In this document: positions 11,709 to 24,826 of the stretch, one piece after another
Position numbering within the stretch: the stretch's first letter is position 1
Layout of the letters: every line of letters starts with the position of its first letter
From: Octopus vulgaris
Taxonomy: Eukaryota
DNA: 64,000 nucleotides
Assembly: GCA_951406725.2 (NCBI GenBank)
Contig: OX597820.1
Span: forward strand, 87,234,001-87,298,000
Direction: 5' to 3'
Made by a program: the position numbers and the translations under genes
Notes under the pieces: generated by a model
What the model saw: only the letters and a program-made list of their open reading frames with translations
Database searches by the model: none
Told to the model about the DNA's origin: nothing

Positions 11709-14557
11709 ATGGCCGTCCACTCGTGACCGAGGAAGACCATTGCCGACCTTCAGGAACATTGTGCGCTCTAGGACTAACTTATATTTTGCATTTGCGACTC
11801 CGTTGACAAGCATACACGACTGCAAACACTGCAGACCAAGCTTTCCCCATTCACTATGCGAGCCGTGCGCTTTCGCGCAGCTCGCTTAAGTTCTTCATGC
11901 TGGATACGTGCTCTCTCAAAAGTGTCGATCCCCTCCTTAACCTGCTTCCTCCATCTGTGGCGATGACAGGCATTGTTCTCCAAGTCAGTGTCCTGCATAT
12001 CAAAGGCCTTTAACGAGGACTTGACACAGTCCTTAAATCGCAGCCTTGGTTTCTGTCGGAGTCTCCTTCCATTCACAAGTTCTCCATAAAGCATCTGCTT
12101 AGGAATCCTTCTATGCTCCATTCTAATAAGGTGTCCAGTCCAACGCAACCGGTGCTTGTGTACCATCGCCTTAATACTCAAGATATCATGTGTCCTCAGG
12201 ATCTGTGTGTCTGGAATTTTTGAGGTCCAGCCAACATTGAGAATGTGTCTGACACATCTCTGATGAAAACGTTCAAGGACCCTTACCTGACGTTTGTACA
12301 GAGTCCATGTCTCACATGAGTAGAGAAGCGATGTCAGTACACAACTACGGTACACAGCAACTTTTGTTCTCCTTGCGATGCCAAGTTGGGACCAGACAAG
12401 AGACTGAAGAGACCGGAAGGAATTAATTGCTCTCTGCAACCTGAAAGATATTTCCTCATCCAGGGAGCAAGAACGGCTGAGTGTGCTGCCCAGGTAGACA
12501 AACTTGTCTACTACCTTCAGAATTGTTTCTTCAGCCAAGATAGCTGGTTCTATATATGGATTTCCTGGTGCAGGCTGGAACATTACAACAGTCTTGTCCA
12601 GGCTAATGCTAAGTCCAAAACCCTGCAAGAAGCAGAAATGCAATTCATGAGTATTTGCATGTCATCCACTGTATGAGTGACTAAGTCACAGTCATCTGCA
12701 TAAAGGAGGTCACGAATAATAGACTGGAAATCCTTTGAATTGGCAGCAAATCGGCGAAGATTAAAGAGGCGGCCAGAAGATCTATATCTGACATATATTC
12801 CCAGAGAGCTAACCTTAGCAAAAGAATGAGTAAAAGTAGCAGCAAAGTACAAAGAAAAGAGAGTTGGGGCAAGGATGTCACCCTGCTTAACACCATTCTC
12901 TACAGGAATGGGTCTCGCCATGGCACCACCAACATTGACCCAAGCCTCCATCCCATCATGAAATGATTTAATTATAGATACAAAGTGATCCGGACATCCA
13001 AGTTTGCCAAGTATTTTCCATAGAAAGGCCCTATTTACAGTATCAAAGGCCTTAGTTAAATCAATGAATACCTGGACAAGATCCATATTCTGCTCATAGC
13101 ACTTCTCCTGCATCTGTCTTGCTGTGAAAATAATATCCATTGTCCCTCTACCAGATCGGAAGCCACATTGAGATTCAGATATGACATCATTTACGAGACA
13201 CCCATTCAGACGGGTAAGAAGAATATTTGCCAGAACTTTGCCAGCAGATGATAGTAGAGCAATACCTCTGTAGTTACCACACATTGTTCTGGCTCCTTTT
13301 CCTTTATAAAGAGGAAGAATAATTGCATCCTTCCAGTCCTTAGGGATTGCACCATCCCTCCAGACTGCACTAATAAGTTCATGAAGGGACTGTGTGATGC
13401 GATTACCACCAAATCGCAAGACCTCAGCACAAATTCTATCCTTTCCAGGTGCCCTACCAAGATTCAATTTACTTATTGCTGTCATTACTTCATGTATTGA
13501 TGGCGAGGAGTCTAAGGAGTCAATGATAGGTCTTTGTTTCATAGTATCAATCACTGTTTCATCCACAACTGACTCATGGTTTAGGAGTTCAGAGAAGTGT
13601 TCGATCCAGCGACCTGTGATTTCTGTTGATTTAGTAAACAGAGTGGAAGACTCCTTGGAAAGCAAAGGAGCTGATGTGGAGCTCTTAGGTCCATAAGCTC
13701 GCTTCATAAGATGGTAAAGTTTCTTGCTGTCATTTGCATCAGCAGCAGCCTGAATATCACGAGCAAGATCCTCCCACCAAGTGTTCTGCATCTTCCTGAG
13801 AAATCGCTGCAGTAGTGATTTTACACTGTTATAGTGGGCAAGTGCTAGACTTCGCTGCACAGTAGAGAGTTCTCTGTGCAGCAACACACTGTGGGCATGG
13901 CGCTTCACCACTAATAGTCGTTGAATTTCAGCATCATTCTCATCAAACCAGTCTCTGTGTCTGGCAGTAACATACTCCAGTGTTTCGGCTGCACATTGAA
14001 CAACCTGGTCTCGAAAATCTTCCCATGCTGCAGCAGTTTCAATGCTGGACAAGCGAGTCTGAAGCTCTTTCCTAACCACAACGTCATATACGTTGTGGAC
14101 ATTTAGACGGCGAGGAATGCTGACTGGTCCTCTTCTCTCTTTCGCCCTAATCACCATTCGGAACTTTGCTCGCACCAGACTGTGGTCTGTCCAGCATTCT
14201 GATCCATGCAAGGACTTGACATTACAAATGTCATAAATGCCGCGCTTGCGGATGATGACGTAATCCAGCAAGTGCCAAACTTTGGACCTTGGATGCATCC
14301 ATGTTGTTGTGTGATCACCTTTGTGCACAAAATGAGTACTTGCAATGTAAAGTCCATGTTCTTCGCAAAGCTCCAGTAGCATGAGACCATTGCTATTCAT
14401 TTTTCCTACTCCAAAACGTCCTAGAGAGTTCCATGTTTGCCAGTCTGTTCATACTCTGGCATTAAAATCCCCCAGTAAAATGACTTTATCAGAATTGGGG
14501 ATTTTTCTAAGTATGGCTCTCAGCTGGGTATAAAAGATTATTTTATCTTCATCACAG
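11709..14557 (-). mobile_element. RTE-clade LINE, 5'-truncated inside the APE endonuclease; one nonsense mutation and one frameshift
   Basis: APE motifs ILLGDFNARV, NSNG and LDYV..TDH; RT motifs FIDLTKAFDTV, GVKQGD.LAP.LF and LYADD; RTE C-terminus HRLRWTGHLIRM..RIPKQMLYGEL; (TACA)n on both flanks. Confidence 0.95.
12583..14400 (-). pseudogene. RTE ORF main segment (endonuclease C-terminus plus reverse transcriptase)
   Basis: 605 aa ORF; continues in 11774-12643 after a 1-bp deletion near 12620; an upstream TGA at 14449-14451 replaces the expected Gly after NARV. Confidence 0.9.
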
Positions 14558-15531
14558 CTACATACATACATACATACATACACACATACACACTTACACA
14601 CATACACACACACACATACATACATACATACATACATACATACATACATACATACATACATACACACACGCACACACATACATACATACATACATACACA
14701 TACATACATACATACATACATACATACATACATACATACATACATACATACATACATACAGGAAATTTTCTGAGGCAAAAGTTTTTAACGAATTTGGATA
14801 AGTTTGTATACCGTCGGATGGTTAAACCTTCAAAGCTTCGAACAAACCATTTCGTCCGCGAGAGTTTATTTGGTTGCTGATAGACAGATTACTTGATATT
14901 TTGGGAAATAGCCGTTTGTAGAGTCACAGTTCCACGACTGGTTATATTGATTCACCCCGCGCGATGTCTAAATATGTTAGTCAATTTCATTTTCAAGTTA
15001 GATGTATCACAGATGTACATAGATCAAGTTTCGTTCAGTAGAAATAGCACGTATTACTTATAACTTTTATAGATTCCTCCGTAAATAAAAAAACCTATCA
15101 TTTTTATTGCAAGACATGACTTACCGACTAGACAGGATTCCATTATTCTGTTAGCATATGTGTATGTATGTATGTATGTATACGTGCGAGCGTGCATCTG
15201 TGTGTGCACGTATCTGTGTGTATGTTTATGTGTCTGTACATACACATAGATATGTCTATATATAAATTTATACATAAATACATAATTATACATACATGAG
15301 TTTATACAGAGATGCAGGCATAAATACGTAAATATGGTGTATATGTGTGTATAGTGCACTTAGACATAGGCGAGAAGTTCAAAACTGCACTCAATACTAA
15401 GGAGCGAGAGTTGTTAATGGCTATTACACAAGGTAACTCACATCTTGTTATTCGGATTTTATGTTCTCAATTATCAGTCAGATGATCGAGAACGTGAAAA
15501 TCAAATGAGTAGATATGAATTGCCCGCTATA

Positions 15532-15582
<51 letters not shown>

Positions 15583-15584
15583 CT

Positions 15585-15910
15585 GTTACTCATTCGACTG
15601 TGGCTATGCTTGAGCACCGCCTTAAAACGTTTAGCCGAACAAATCGCCGCCTGTACTTATTTTTAAGTACTGGTACACTACTAACAGTTTCTTTTTTGTC
15701 AAGCCGCTTAGTTATGTGGTCGTAAACAAACCACCACCGGTTGTCAAATAGGGATTGGGGACAAACACAACTCCAGCACGCACATAGATATATATGCATA
15801 TCTATATACATCGGGCTCTTTCAGTTTCCGTCTGCCGAATTTACTCACAAGGATTTGGTTGGCCCTGGACCGTAGCAAGAAAAACACTTGCCCAATGTGC
15901 CACGCAGTTA
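15585..15910 (-). mobile_element. SINE family B (head plus tail)
   Basis: Matches the head and the ...aaggcggtgctc.agcat.gcc.cagtc tail seen at 39210-39612 and 49715-50155. Confidence 0.7.
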
Positions 15911-16021
15911 ATATGTGATATAAGCAGGAATTATATAACGTGAGCAACGGTTTCGTACGAATAGTCTGTCTATAGACTGTACACATCGGATGAGGTGGAA
16001 AGCATTAGAATCGCTCTAAAA

Positions 16022-16575
16022 CAGTGGTTCTCGACCATTTTTACCCATGAAGCCCTATGATTCCTATTTTACTCAAGTGGACCCTCATAGCCATTCGCTG
16101 TTTAAAAAGTCTTATTATATTTTATAATTAAATATTATAAAGAATTGTATTTTTAAAAAATTGCTAAAATATTTTGCGTATTGTAGATGCAGAGTCAATT
16201 TATCGCACATAAACTTTAACATCTTGTACGGACTCGAAAGGGTCGGGTGGATCCGGTTGAAAACCACTGCTCCCAACAGTGTTTATTCTATAGATCAAGC
16301 ATTTTCAGCTATTTCTTATCTTTTATTCTGGTGTACCCTCACCCCATACCCATTCTGTGTTTAAAAACTATTCTGCTTTTCACACATTAACTTGTGTAGG
16401 TTGGACTATGTAAAACGTCAGAGAAAGAAACCTAGCTGTTTCTTGCAATACACACCAATACAAACATCTAAAGCAAATTTTTTTTCAGGAGCCGATTTAC
16501 TATTTTGCTGCGTGAAGCCCCCAAAATCTTATATGAAGCCTCGTGGCTATATGGACCCTGGTTGAGAACCACTAG
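16022..16575. mobile_element. hAT (Charlie/Buster-like) non-autonomous element(s)
   Basis: Termini cagtggttctc (16022), gttgaaaaccactg (~16269) and gttgagaaccact (~16573); a reverse-orientation copy of the left part is at 57650-57841. Confidence 0.65.
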
Positions 16576-16620
16576 TGTATATAATCAGTTGTTTTGTTGC
16601 GTATTAGCTGGACTCTTTTA

Positions 16621-16850
16621 AGGCGGCGAGCTGGTAGAAACGTTAGCACGCCGGGCGAAATGCGTAACCGTATTTCGTCTGTCGTTACGTTCCGAGTTCA
16701 AATTCCGCCGAGGTCGACTTTGCTTTTCATCCTTTCGGGGTCGATAAATTAAGTACCAGTTACGTACTGGGGTCGATGTAATCGACTTAATCCGTTTGTC
16801 TGTCCTTGTTTCTCCCCTCTGTGTTTAGCCCCTTGTGGGTAGTAAAGAAA
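16621..16850 (+). mobile_element. SINE family A, full length
   Basis: aggcggcgagctggtagaaacgttagcacgccgggcg head, B box gagttcaaattcc, Deu/Nin-like domain; near-identical to 53399-53628. Confidence 0.85.
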
Positions 16851-17579
16851 TATATTAGCTAGACTCTTGAGAAATAACTTAAGAATGGGCTGATAAATTG
16901 AAATAAGTTTGGTCTTTTTATTTAAGAGAGTGAGCTTAACAGCTGTCATTACTGTTACAGAAGACTTGCTTCATGTTAGTCACATATCTGTGTATACCAG
17001 AAATATGTTCTACTTTATTCGGGAGTTTTATAACCAAAATATCAAAATATGATACAATTTAAACATTTGTTCTTTAGTTTTGGCTCCAATCCATTATTTC
17101 TATTTATCATTGTTGCTGCTTTCTGCGTAATTTTTAAGTATATTTTATAATGCTTCAAATAAACCACATTATTTTTAATGTATAAGCGCGTGTGTATATG
17201 TGTTTTATATGTAAGCGCAATAATTATTTCACCACTTACGAGAGGGAGTGTTTGTCGATTCCCTCGACCCCAGTACTTGATTGGTTCTTTATTGGTGCAG
17301 TTTACCATAGTGGAATTTAAAGTAAGAATGTGAAGTGCCTGAAGAAATACAAGGCATTTTCCGGAGCTCTAACTTTTCTACCAGTTCGATTCCTAATAAA
17401 TACAATAAAAAGGTACGCCCACCACACTTAACATAATGGAATTGTATCAGCACCGTTATTAACAACACTGAGTCCACCGGTAGATTCACCCATTTCGCGG
17501 TTGTAGAATTGAATTAAAAAGGTCTTTTACTAAAATATCAAAAATTTAATCAAGAATACACTACGATAACACGATAATA

Positions 17580-18045
17580 TTAGCACGCTGGGTAAAATGC
17601 TTAACATATTGTCGTCCGTCTTTACATTCTGAGTTCAAACTCGCTGAGGTAGACTTTACCTTTCATCCCTTTCGGGATCAATAGAATAAGTATTAGTTGA
17701 GCATTGGAGGTCGATGTAATCGGCTATTCTCCTAATCTGAACTTGCTAGTCTTGTATCAAAATTTGAAACCAATACTGAGTGCAAAGAAGATGTTACTTA
17801 CGACTATTCTATGATGGAGAACTGGTAAAATCGTTAGCACACCGGACAAAATGGTAAACAGCGCTTCTAGGTTCAAATTCTGCTGAAGCTGATTTTGCTT
17901 TTCATTCTTTTTGGGGTCGATAAAATAAGTACCAGTTGAACACTGGGTTCGATAAAATAAATGCCAGTTGAACACTGGGATGGATGTAGTCGACTAACCC
18001 TCTTCCCAAATCTTTCAGGACTTGTGCCTATAGTAGGAAGGACTA
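17580..18045 (+). mobile_element. Two decayed SINE family A copies in tandem
   Basis: Repeated ttagcac...gttcaaa...tttcatc...gataaaataagtaccag motifs. Confidence 0.65.
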
Positions 18046-18219
18046 TTATGACTAATCCGCTTAAGTTAAGAAACAGCAATTAACTTTTCCATTTATCCAT
18101 CTCTACAACGAAAAAGAGGTTTCATATTTGGACAAATTATACTGCTTTCACAGCAAAACAGAATATGATCCGCCAGCATTAAACTTTATAGAAACAGACG
18201 AGCAATATCCTGTAGCATA

Positions 18220-19400
18220 AACATAGACAACTCGGAAAAACACTAATTAGAATTTTTAGAGAATGTAATTTGAAAACTACAAACCTGAAAATAGAAAAGT
18301 CCTTATACACAGCATTAATCTTAATCAGCAACCCGATTGAAAACCTAATGAAGAAATATGTAAATTAGGATTTGCAATTACCCACCTAACAATGCTAAGT
18401 CCAAATGCCCTGCAAGAAGCAGAAATGCAATTCATGAGTATTTGCATGTCATCCACAGTATGAGTGACTAAGTCACAGTCATCTGCATAAAGGAGGTCAC
18501 GAATAATAGACTGGGAAACCTTTGAATTGGCAGCAAATCGGCGAAGATTAAAGAGGCGGCCAGAAGATCTATATCTGACATATATTTCCAGAGAGCTAAC
18601 CTTAGCAAAAGAATGAGTAAAAGTAGCATCAAAGTACAAAGAAAAGAGAGTTGGGGCAAGGATGTCACCCTGCTTAACACCGTTCTCTACAGGAATGGGT
18701 CCCGCCATGGCACCACCAACATTGACCCAAGCCTCCATCCCATCATGAAATGATTTAATTATAGATACAAAGTGATCCGGACATCCAAGTTTGCCAAGTA
18801 TTTTCCATAGAAAGGCCCTATTTACAGTATTTACAGCACATTACAGATAACATTAGTAGTTACATAACCAGCCTATCATAGAACAAAAAAAATATTTAGC
18901 AGAAAATGTGTTCCACACTACTATAGAATTCTAGCATGAAGAGGATTTAATATTTAATTGGAATACATAGAACGACCCAGAATAAATAACACCAAACATG
19001 AAAATGGAAAATTCATCTGGGTTAATCCTCTATATAGTTTAAATGTTTAGAAAAGTGTTACTCCTTTGTTTCTCTGCTTTAAACAGATATCACGAAGTTC
19101 TGTTAAACCCAGCTATAATTGTATGGCTAACAGGATTTCAAATTTCTAACTGCAAGAAGAATAACGCAATCTAGTTATAATTAGTTATCCATTGAATGAC
19201 AACAAATAGCATCTAGCGCAGATGAAAATGGGCAGACTCTAGAGTAGAAACGTACAGCGGGTTTACCGAGAATACGTTTAAAGCTTGATACATATATATC
19301 CATTCGTTTAAATCTTGAAGTAGGTAAAATGTCACACACTTTTTCAAATATATTGTTTGATCCATGAGTGACAAAACGGAAAGCAACCATCCTCAAAAAA
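18220..19400 (+). pseudogene. Heavily decayed PLE ORF interrupted by an RTE fragment
   Basis: KPNEE...CNYPP directly before 18390; KFIWVNPLYSLNV (PLE WFNPPYS motif) after 18830. Confidence 0.55.
18390..18830 (-). mobile_element. Internal RTE RT fragment, near-identical to 12605-13040
   Basis: Direct comparison shows few substitutions; encodes GVKQGD and YADD and keeps the intact SASCRAFGLSI frame. Confidence 0.9.
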
Positions 19401-20165
19401 ATGGGATCTTTTTTACAAAAGCAAAGACAGAAGACGGATTTTGTAGAAATGGTCAATTATATACTACTCAAAATTCAAGATTTTTTACTCTACCTGGTCA
19501 CAGCTTAAACAGAAGCAAAGATATATAAAATATATTCTACATATTCATGCTACCACATAAACAAGTACAAGCTTCAAGCATTCGAACATATCCCAGCGCT
19601 AATAGATTTCGAATTACATCTATCTGAACTTACAGTCAACTAAGGGAGAAGGAAAATGTTTAGACAGGAAAAATCAAGTTAAAATTGAAAGCAAAATGTT
19701 GGCATCCACAAACAAGGGAAGGACAGTTATTCACTTATAACAAAGACATGATCTTATGTGTATTATCAGACACGAGGTTATCAAGAAACCAAAACAGTAA
19801 ACCGAGCTAACACTTAAGTCAAACGACGAATATTGTAATCGAATCAAGCACAGCTGTCTTCCCTTAAGGAATATATCTTATGTCAATTGAGAATTATCAC
19901 TTGAACCTGTGAAATGTATTTCCTTATAGATCATCGAGGTCGTCTGGTCTAACAATCGTAAATTTTGAAGAAACAGTAGAACATATCAGAATAATATTAT
20001 ATGTATGCATGAATATAATGTATGTATGCATATATATATATATATATATATATTATGTATGTATATATAAATATGTATATATGTGTGTGTGCATGTATGT
20101 ATGTATGTATGTATGTATATAGGTATGTGTATGTATATATATATATATGTATATATATATTTATA

Positions 20166-20474
20166 TCACCGTGACCACCGTGACCGACCAGGCTATCAGA
20201 TGTTGCTACACATCGCTGGTCACAATGCGTTTCGCATTGTTTTAGCCTTCAAATGACGCCACCCCGCTGGCTAAGCGAGCAGGCCAACAGAAGAAAGAGT
20301 GAGAGAAAGTTGTGGTGAAAGAGTACAGCAAGGTTCACCACAACCCCCTGCCGGAGCCTCGTGGAGCTTTAGGTGTTTTTGCTCAATAAACACTCACAAC
20401 GCCCGGTCTGGGAATCGAAACCGCGATCCTACGACCGCGAGTCCGCTGCCCTAACCACTGGGCCATTGCGCCTC

Positions 20475-20477
<3 letters not shown>
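20166..20477 (-). mobile_element. tRNA-derived SINE family C, full length
   Basis: ggaggcgcaatggcccagtggttagggcagcggac...ggtttcgattccc head; matches 44281-44576 and 51470-51640. Confidence 0.85.
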
Positions 20478-20568
<91 letters not shown>

Positions 20569-20569
20569 A

Positions 20570-20945
20570 ATTATAATCCTTAAAATGTTGGAATATTATA
20601 ACGCCCACTTCGGTATACAGTATATTTAGTGAAACTATCTCTGACCTCCTTTCTTCTGAAGGTTTTTTTTTAGTACAATTTAATATTGTTTTGCGCTCGG
20701 CATCTATTTTCAGGTTTGAATTCGCTAGACACAATTTGCGCTCCGTTGTCAGTCACTATCTTGTCTGGGATGTCAAATCTTGCAAACAAATTGTGTAAAG
20801 ATTTATCACAGTTAGGAGGTTGGTTTTTTACACTTACAAATTTTTGGCCATTTCGAGAAACTATCAACCACCACTAAATAATAAGAACCATTTAAAGGAC
20901 CAGCGATGTGTAGTCTCGACCACGGAATATCTACTTTCGAACACT
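20570..20945 (-). mobile_element. Gypsy LTR-retrotransposon fragment (integrase N-core, internal deletion, LTR end)
   Basis: PWSRLHIAGPLNGSYYLVVVDSFSKWP and LFARFDIPDKIVTDNGAQ; 20570-20630 is a reverse complement of the LTR end at 21810-21870. Confidence 0.8.
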
Positions 20946-20969
20946 GTTTACTTTTTATCGTGGTCAATT

Positions 20970-21870
20970 TTTCATTTCGTTGTAGCTTACATGCAGTAGA
21001 GCTTATAACTTCGGTGCCATGCCATCCCAGATCTAATGGACTGGCAGAACGCTTTGTTGATACCTTCAAAAGAGCCCTTAGAAAATCGAATAAGGAAAGC
21101 ACGAATGAAGTAGATCTACAACAATTTTTAAGAGTGTACTGTGTGACACCAAATCTGAATACACCAGCAGGTAGCTCACCATCGGAGCTGATGTTTGTTA
21201 GGAAAGTAAAATCAGTCTTTGATAAATTGCTACCTGATAAGAAAAGATAAAGTGCCAGGGAAGACATAGCAAAATTCTTTAAAGTTGGTGAAAAAGATGT
21301 AAATGAGGGCATACAAGAATGGAAAGCAGAGTTGGGAAGATGGCATAATTACCAAACGCATAGGTAAAATGATGTATTGGGTAAAAAGTTGAAGAGGTAT
21401 ACAAAAGCGACGCAGGAACTAACTGAAAAAGAGATTCGTGGAAAGCGAACCAAAGAAGCTGGAGGAAACGATGGAATGGTTGTACGATACGTTCCAAGTA
21501 CCAATGCCACTGCATGTGATTGAACCCAGGCGTACAAGCGAGAGGAAAAGGAAACATACCGAGTTCCTGAAAAGAGATGCCAAGCGCTACAAATATTAAA
21601 TTGTAAGAAATTTTTTTTTTTAATATTGCTAAATAAAATAATACTCCCTTAGAAAAACTGAAAAGGGGAGATGTTGTAGGGAATTAGTAATAATGGTGCA
21701 CCCCTCCCACATGACGAGTAGGATAACCTAGTCACTATAAGTAAAGAGAAGTACGTGAAGTACCAGAGTACGTGGTAGGCGGTCAGAAATAGTAGTGTCT
21801 TTACTGATTTGACTAAGTATACTGTATACTGAAGTGGACATAAGAATCCAGCATTTTAAGGATTATAACA
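20970..21870 (+). mobile_element. Gypsy 3' fragment: integrase C-core, PPT and 3' LTR (21672-21870)
   Basis: HPRSNGLAERFVDTFKRAL; polypurine tract aaaaggggaga at 21661-21671, followed by TGTTGTA...TATAACA. Confidence 0.85.
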
Positions 21871-22299
21871 GTAACACAGTTCGTGGATTGTGTGGAGTGT
21901 TGTGTGTTTCGTGTATTTATGTGTGTATGTCTATGCGTATAGACCTGTGTATAAGTGTGTGAGGCTGTGTATATTATGTGTGTGAGGCTAGTGTGTGTGT
22001 GTGTAACCCTATTGTGTGCGTGTGCATTCTGTATGTTTATATGCGAAAGTTGTGTTTGTCCGTGTTGTGGACGTGTGTATATTGTCTGTGTTTAGGCGTG
22101 TTGCGTGCATATGCATTGTGTGTGTTTTTAGGATTGAATATTGTGTGTCGTGGGGGTGCATGAAGGTGCGAGGTGGGATAGGAGTGACGAGAGTTAAGGG
22201 TTGCAAGGAACTGGATGCTAGTGTGTGTAGAGTGGAAAGATGTGTATGAGTGCATGTGCATGTGTATGTGATGTGTGTTCGTGTGTGTGTGTGTGTGTG

Positions 22300-23300
22300 G
22301 ACATATCACGGATTTACGGAGTTGTTCCAAGCGTACCGGAAGAGGATGATAACTGCAGTATGCAGCTGTGACAACATTTGCGAGAATCCGTACGGCCTAA
22401 AAATCCACCAGGCCAGAATCAAGTGCCTGAACATGGAGAAGCAAATGCAATGAACAAAAAATCACATCCTGGTGAGTCCCGGGTGTATTGCAGCCAGGAC
22501 TTACCTCGTAGATCCAAATCCCACCATATGCCTTTACCCATAACTCCATGCAGAGTATTTCAGTTGATCAACTGGCCTCTAGCAAACAACAAGAATAGGT
22601 GGCAGCAGTTTGAAGACGTAAGCAAGACAGCGCATTACGGAGGTACTCACAGCTGGATGAAAGCAACGACTGAAAGCTATGCATCTGTCAGAAGGAAATA
22701 ACAAAAAGCCCTGTAAGAAAGGCAAGAGGGCCACCAATAGGACAACTTCGGCAGGAGTTGAAGGCCCTCCAGAAGAATTCTGATCATTTGCAGACCTGAG
22801 ACATGATGAATAAGCTGATTACCAGCCACAAAGCAGAAGGGCACAAAAGCAACTAGAGAGAAGACCAAAAAGTCGTGGAGATTTCGTTTCCTATCCTTTT
22901 TGCTTCACCAAGAATCAGCTTGGTGACAAGTGAAGCAGCGACCTCGGATGTCCAGTAGAAATAAACACCTTAGGTGACCCTGCAAGAGAACATGAACTTG
23001 ACCAAGACAAAATATTTATAAGCCTAGCACTCCCATCGACCAAGTTTGACATGAGCGAGCCAAGCTGGAGGGAAGTTCGAGAAGTTGTTAAGGCAGCAAG
23101 CTCGGCTTCTCTTTCAGCGCCCAGTGGAATACCGTACAGTGTCTATAAACAATGTCCGAGACTCCATCAACTACTACTGTAGAAGACGCTGAAAGCAATC
23201 TAGTGGAGAGAAAGCGTTGATGACCTGTGGATGTATATCGAAGGCGTTTCCATCCCTTTGGAGGAGAGTTCGAAAAAGATAAATCAGTTCATGATCAACT
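22300..23300 (+). pseudogene. Decayed HERO/NeSL-type RLE non-LTR retrotransposon, 5' part
   Basis: N-terminal zinc finger CSCDNICENPYGLKIHQARIKC; INWP...WQQF; PSWREVREVVKAASSAS..PSGIPYSVYKQCPRL; IPLEESSKKINQF; breaks off at (TAA)n. Confidence 0.7.
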
Positions 23301-23304
23301 CTGC

Positions 23305-23363
<59 letters not shown>

Positions 23364-23569
23364 TAATAATAATAATAATAATAATAAGAGAGAGCGCCAG
23401 CCTTGACAGAGAGAGCGCCAGCCTTGACAGCGGCTGGACGTGTTCCTCACTGCTCTGACAGTTCGGTGGCTGAAAGCCATAGAAACACTAATATGGGCCA
23501 GTTTAGCAACGGGGAAAAATAACTCTCAAAGACTTGAACATCTACAATACCTCGTGAGTATTTGAAATT

Positions 23570-24351
23570 CTCTTCAAAGTGGGTTAAGAAATTTACAAAT
23601 TTACATATCTGCAGCTTTCAAACATACATCCGATCGGCTTTAAAAACTTTAATACTCACAACTGCCTCTGGGAGCAGCCTTTTTTTTTCTTCTCTCTAAA
23701 AACATCACGCTTTTCTTTTTGTGGACTTGCAAAACCCTAAAACTTTCTATGAAAATCTGACTTCTCTTTGCTTCCTCAGAGAATATTCAAATATAAATGT
23801 AAACATATACTCTTTATTGCAAAATACACCTGTTCTTCTAACTGGACATACAAACATCTCTAGAGGGGTCAACTTCAACCTCCACAATATTACCTTGCAC
23901 GAAATATACAAACACTTTTTATTGCAATAACACAAACGCACATGGAAAAAATAATGATGCTAAGATTCTCTCTGGTCGAACACAGCTTCTCTATTCATAA
24001 ATAATACAGAACAGCCCTTCAAAATAAGTTAAGAAAATTTACAAATTTACATATCTACAGTTTTCAATCATACATTCGACCAGCTTTAAAAACTTTGATA
24101 CCCACAATTGCCTCTGTAAACATCCTTTTTTTTTTTCCTCTCTCTAAAAACATCACGCTTTTCTTTTTTTGTTGTTGTGGACTTACAAAACCCTAAAACT
24201 TTCTATGAAAATCTGACTTTTCTTTGCTTCCTCCCTGAATATTCAAATATAAATGTAAACATATACTTTTTTATTGTAAAAACACACCTGTTCTTCTAAC
24301 TGGACATACAAACACAGCTTCTCTATTCACAAACAATACAGAACAGCCCTT
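23570..24351. repeat. Tandem duplication of an ~450 bp unit; the second copy is internally deleted
   Basis: 23570-23856 is similar to 24018-24313, and 23980-24020 to 24313-24351. Confidence 0.8.
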
Positions 24352-24826
24352 CCTTAATTTTTCTTAAGCCTAATAGTAGTAAACATCTGAACTTTTTTTG
24401 ACCGATAGGACCGCACCTAAAGAGAAAAAAAAATCACTGATGGTGATGGTGATGATGGTGATGATGATAATAATGATAGTAATAGTGCTGATAATCTATC
24501 TATCTATCTACACACACACACACACACACACACTCAAAGAGTTCAACCAACACAAAGAAAGTATTATTTGACAGGCAAGAACTCTAGTGTTGAAGACAGT
24601 CAGCCAGCCAACCACCAAGCCAGCCAACGAGACAGACAGACACTACTGTGATGGTGATAATGATAAAAAAAAAAAATAACAATAATAAGATACTGCTGTG
24701 ACTACACATAAAACAATATCATTGATGATGATGGTGGTGATGGTGATGGTGATGATGATAATGATGATGGTAATGGTGGTGATAATGATGATAGTGATGG
24801 TAATGGTGATGATAATAACAATAATA

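Noticed and set aside
23387-23430. 21-bp tandem duplication gagagagcgccagccttgaca
   Set aside because: An ordinary slippage duplication with no further structure.
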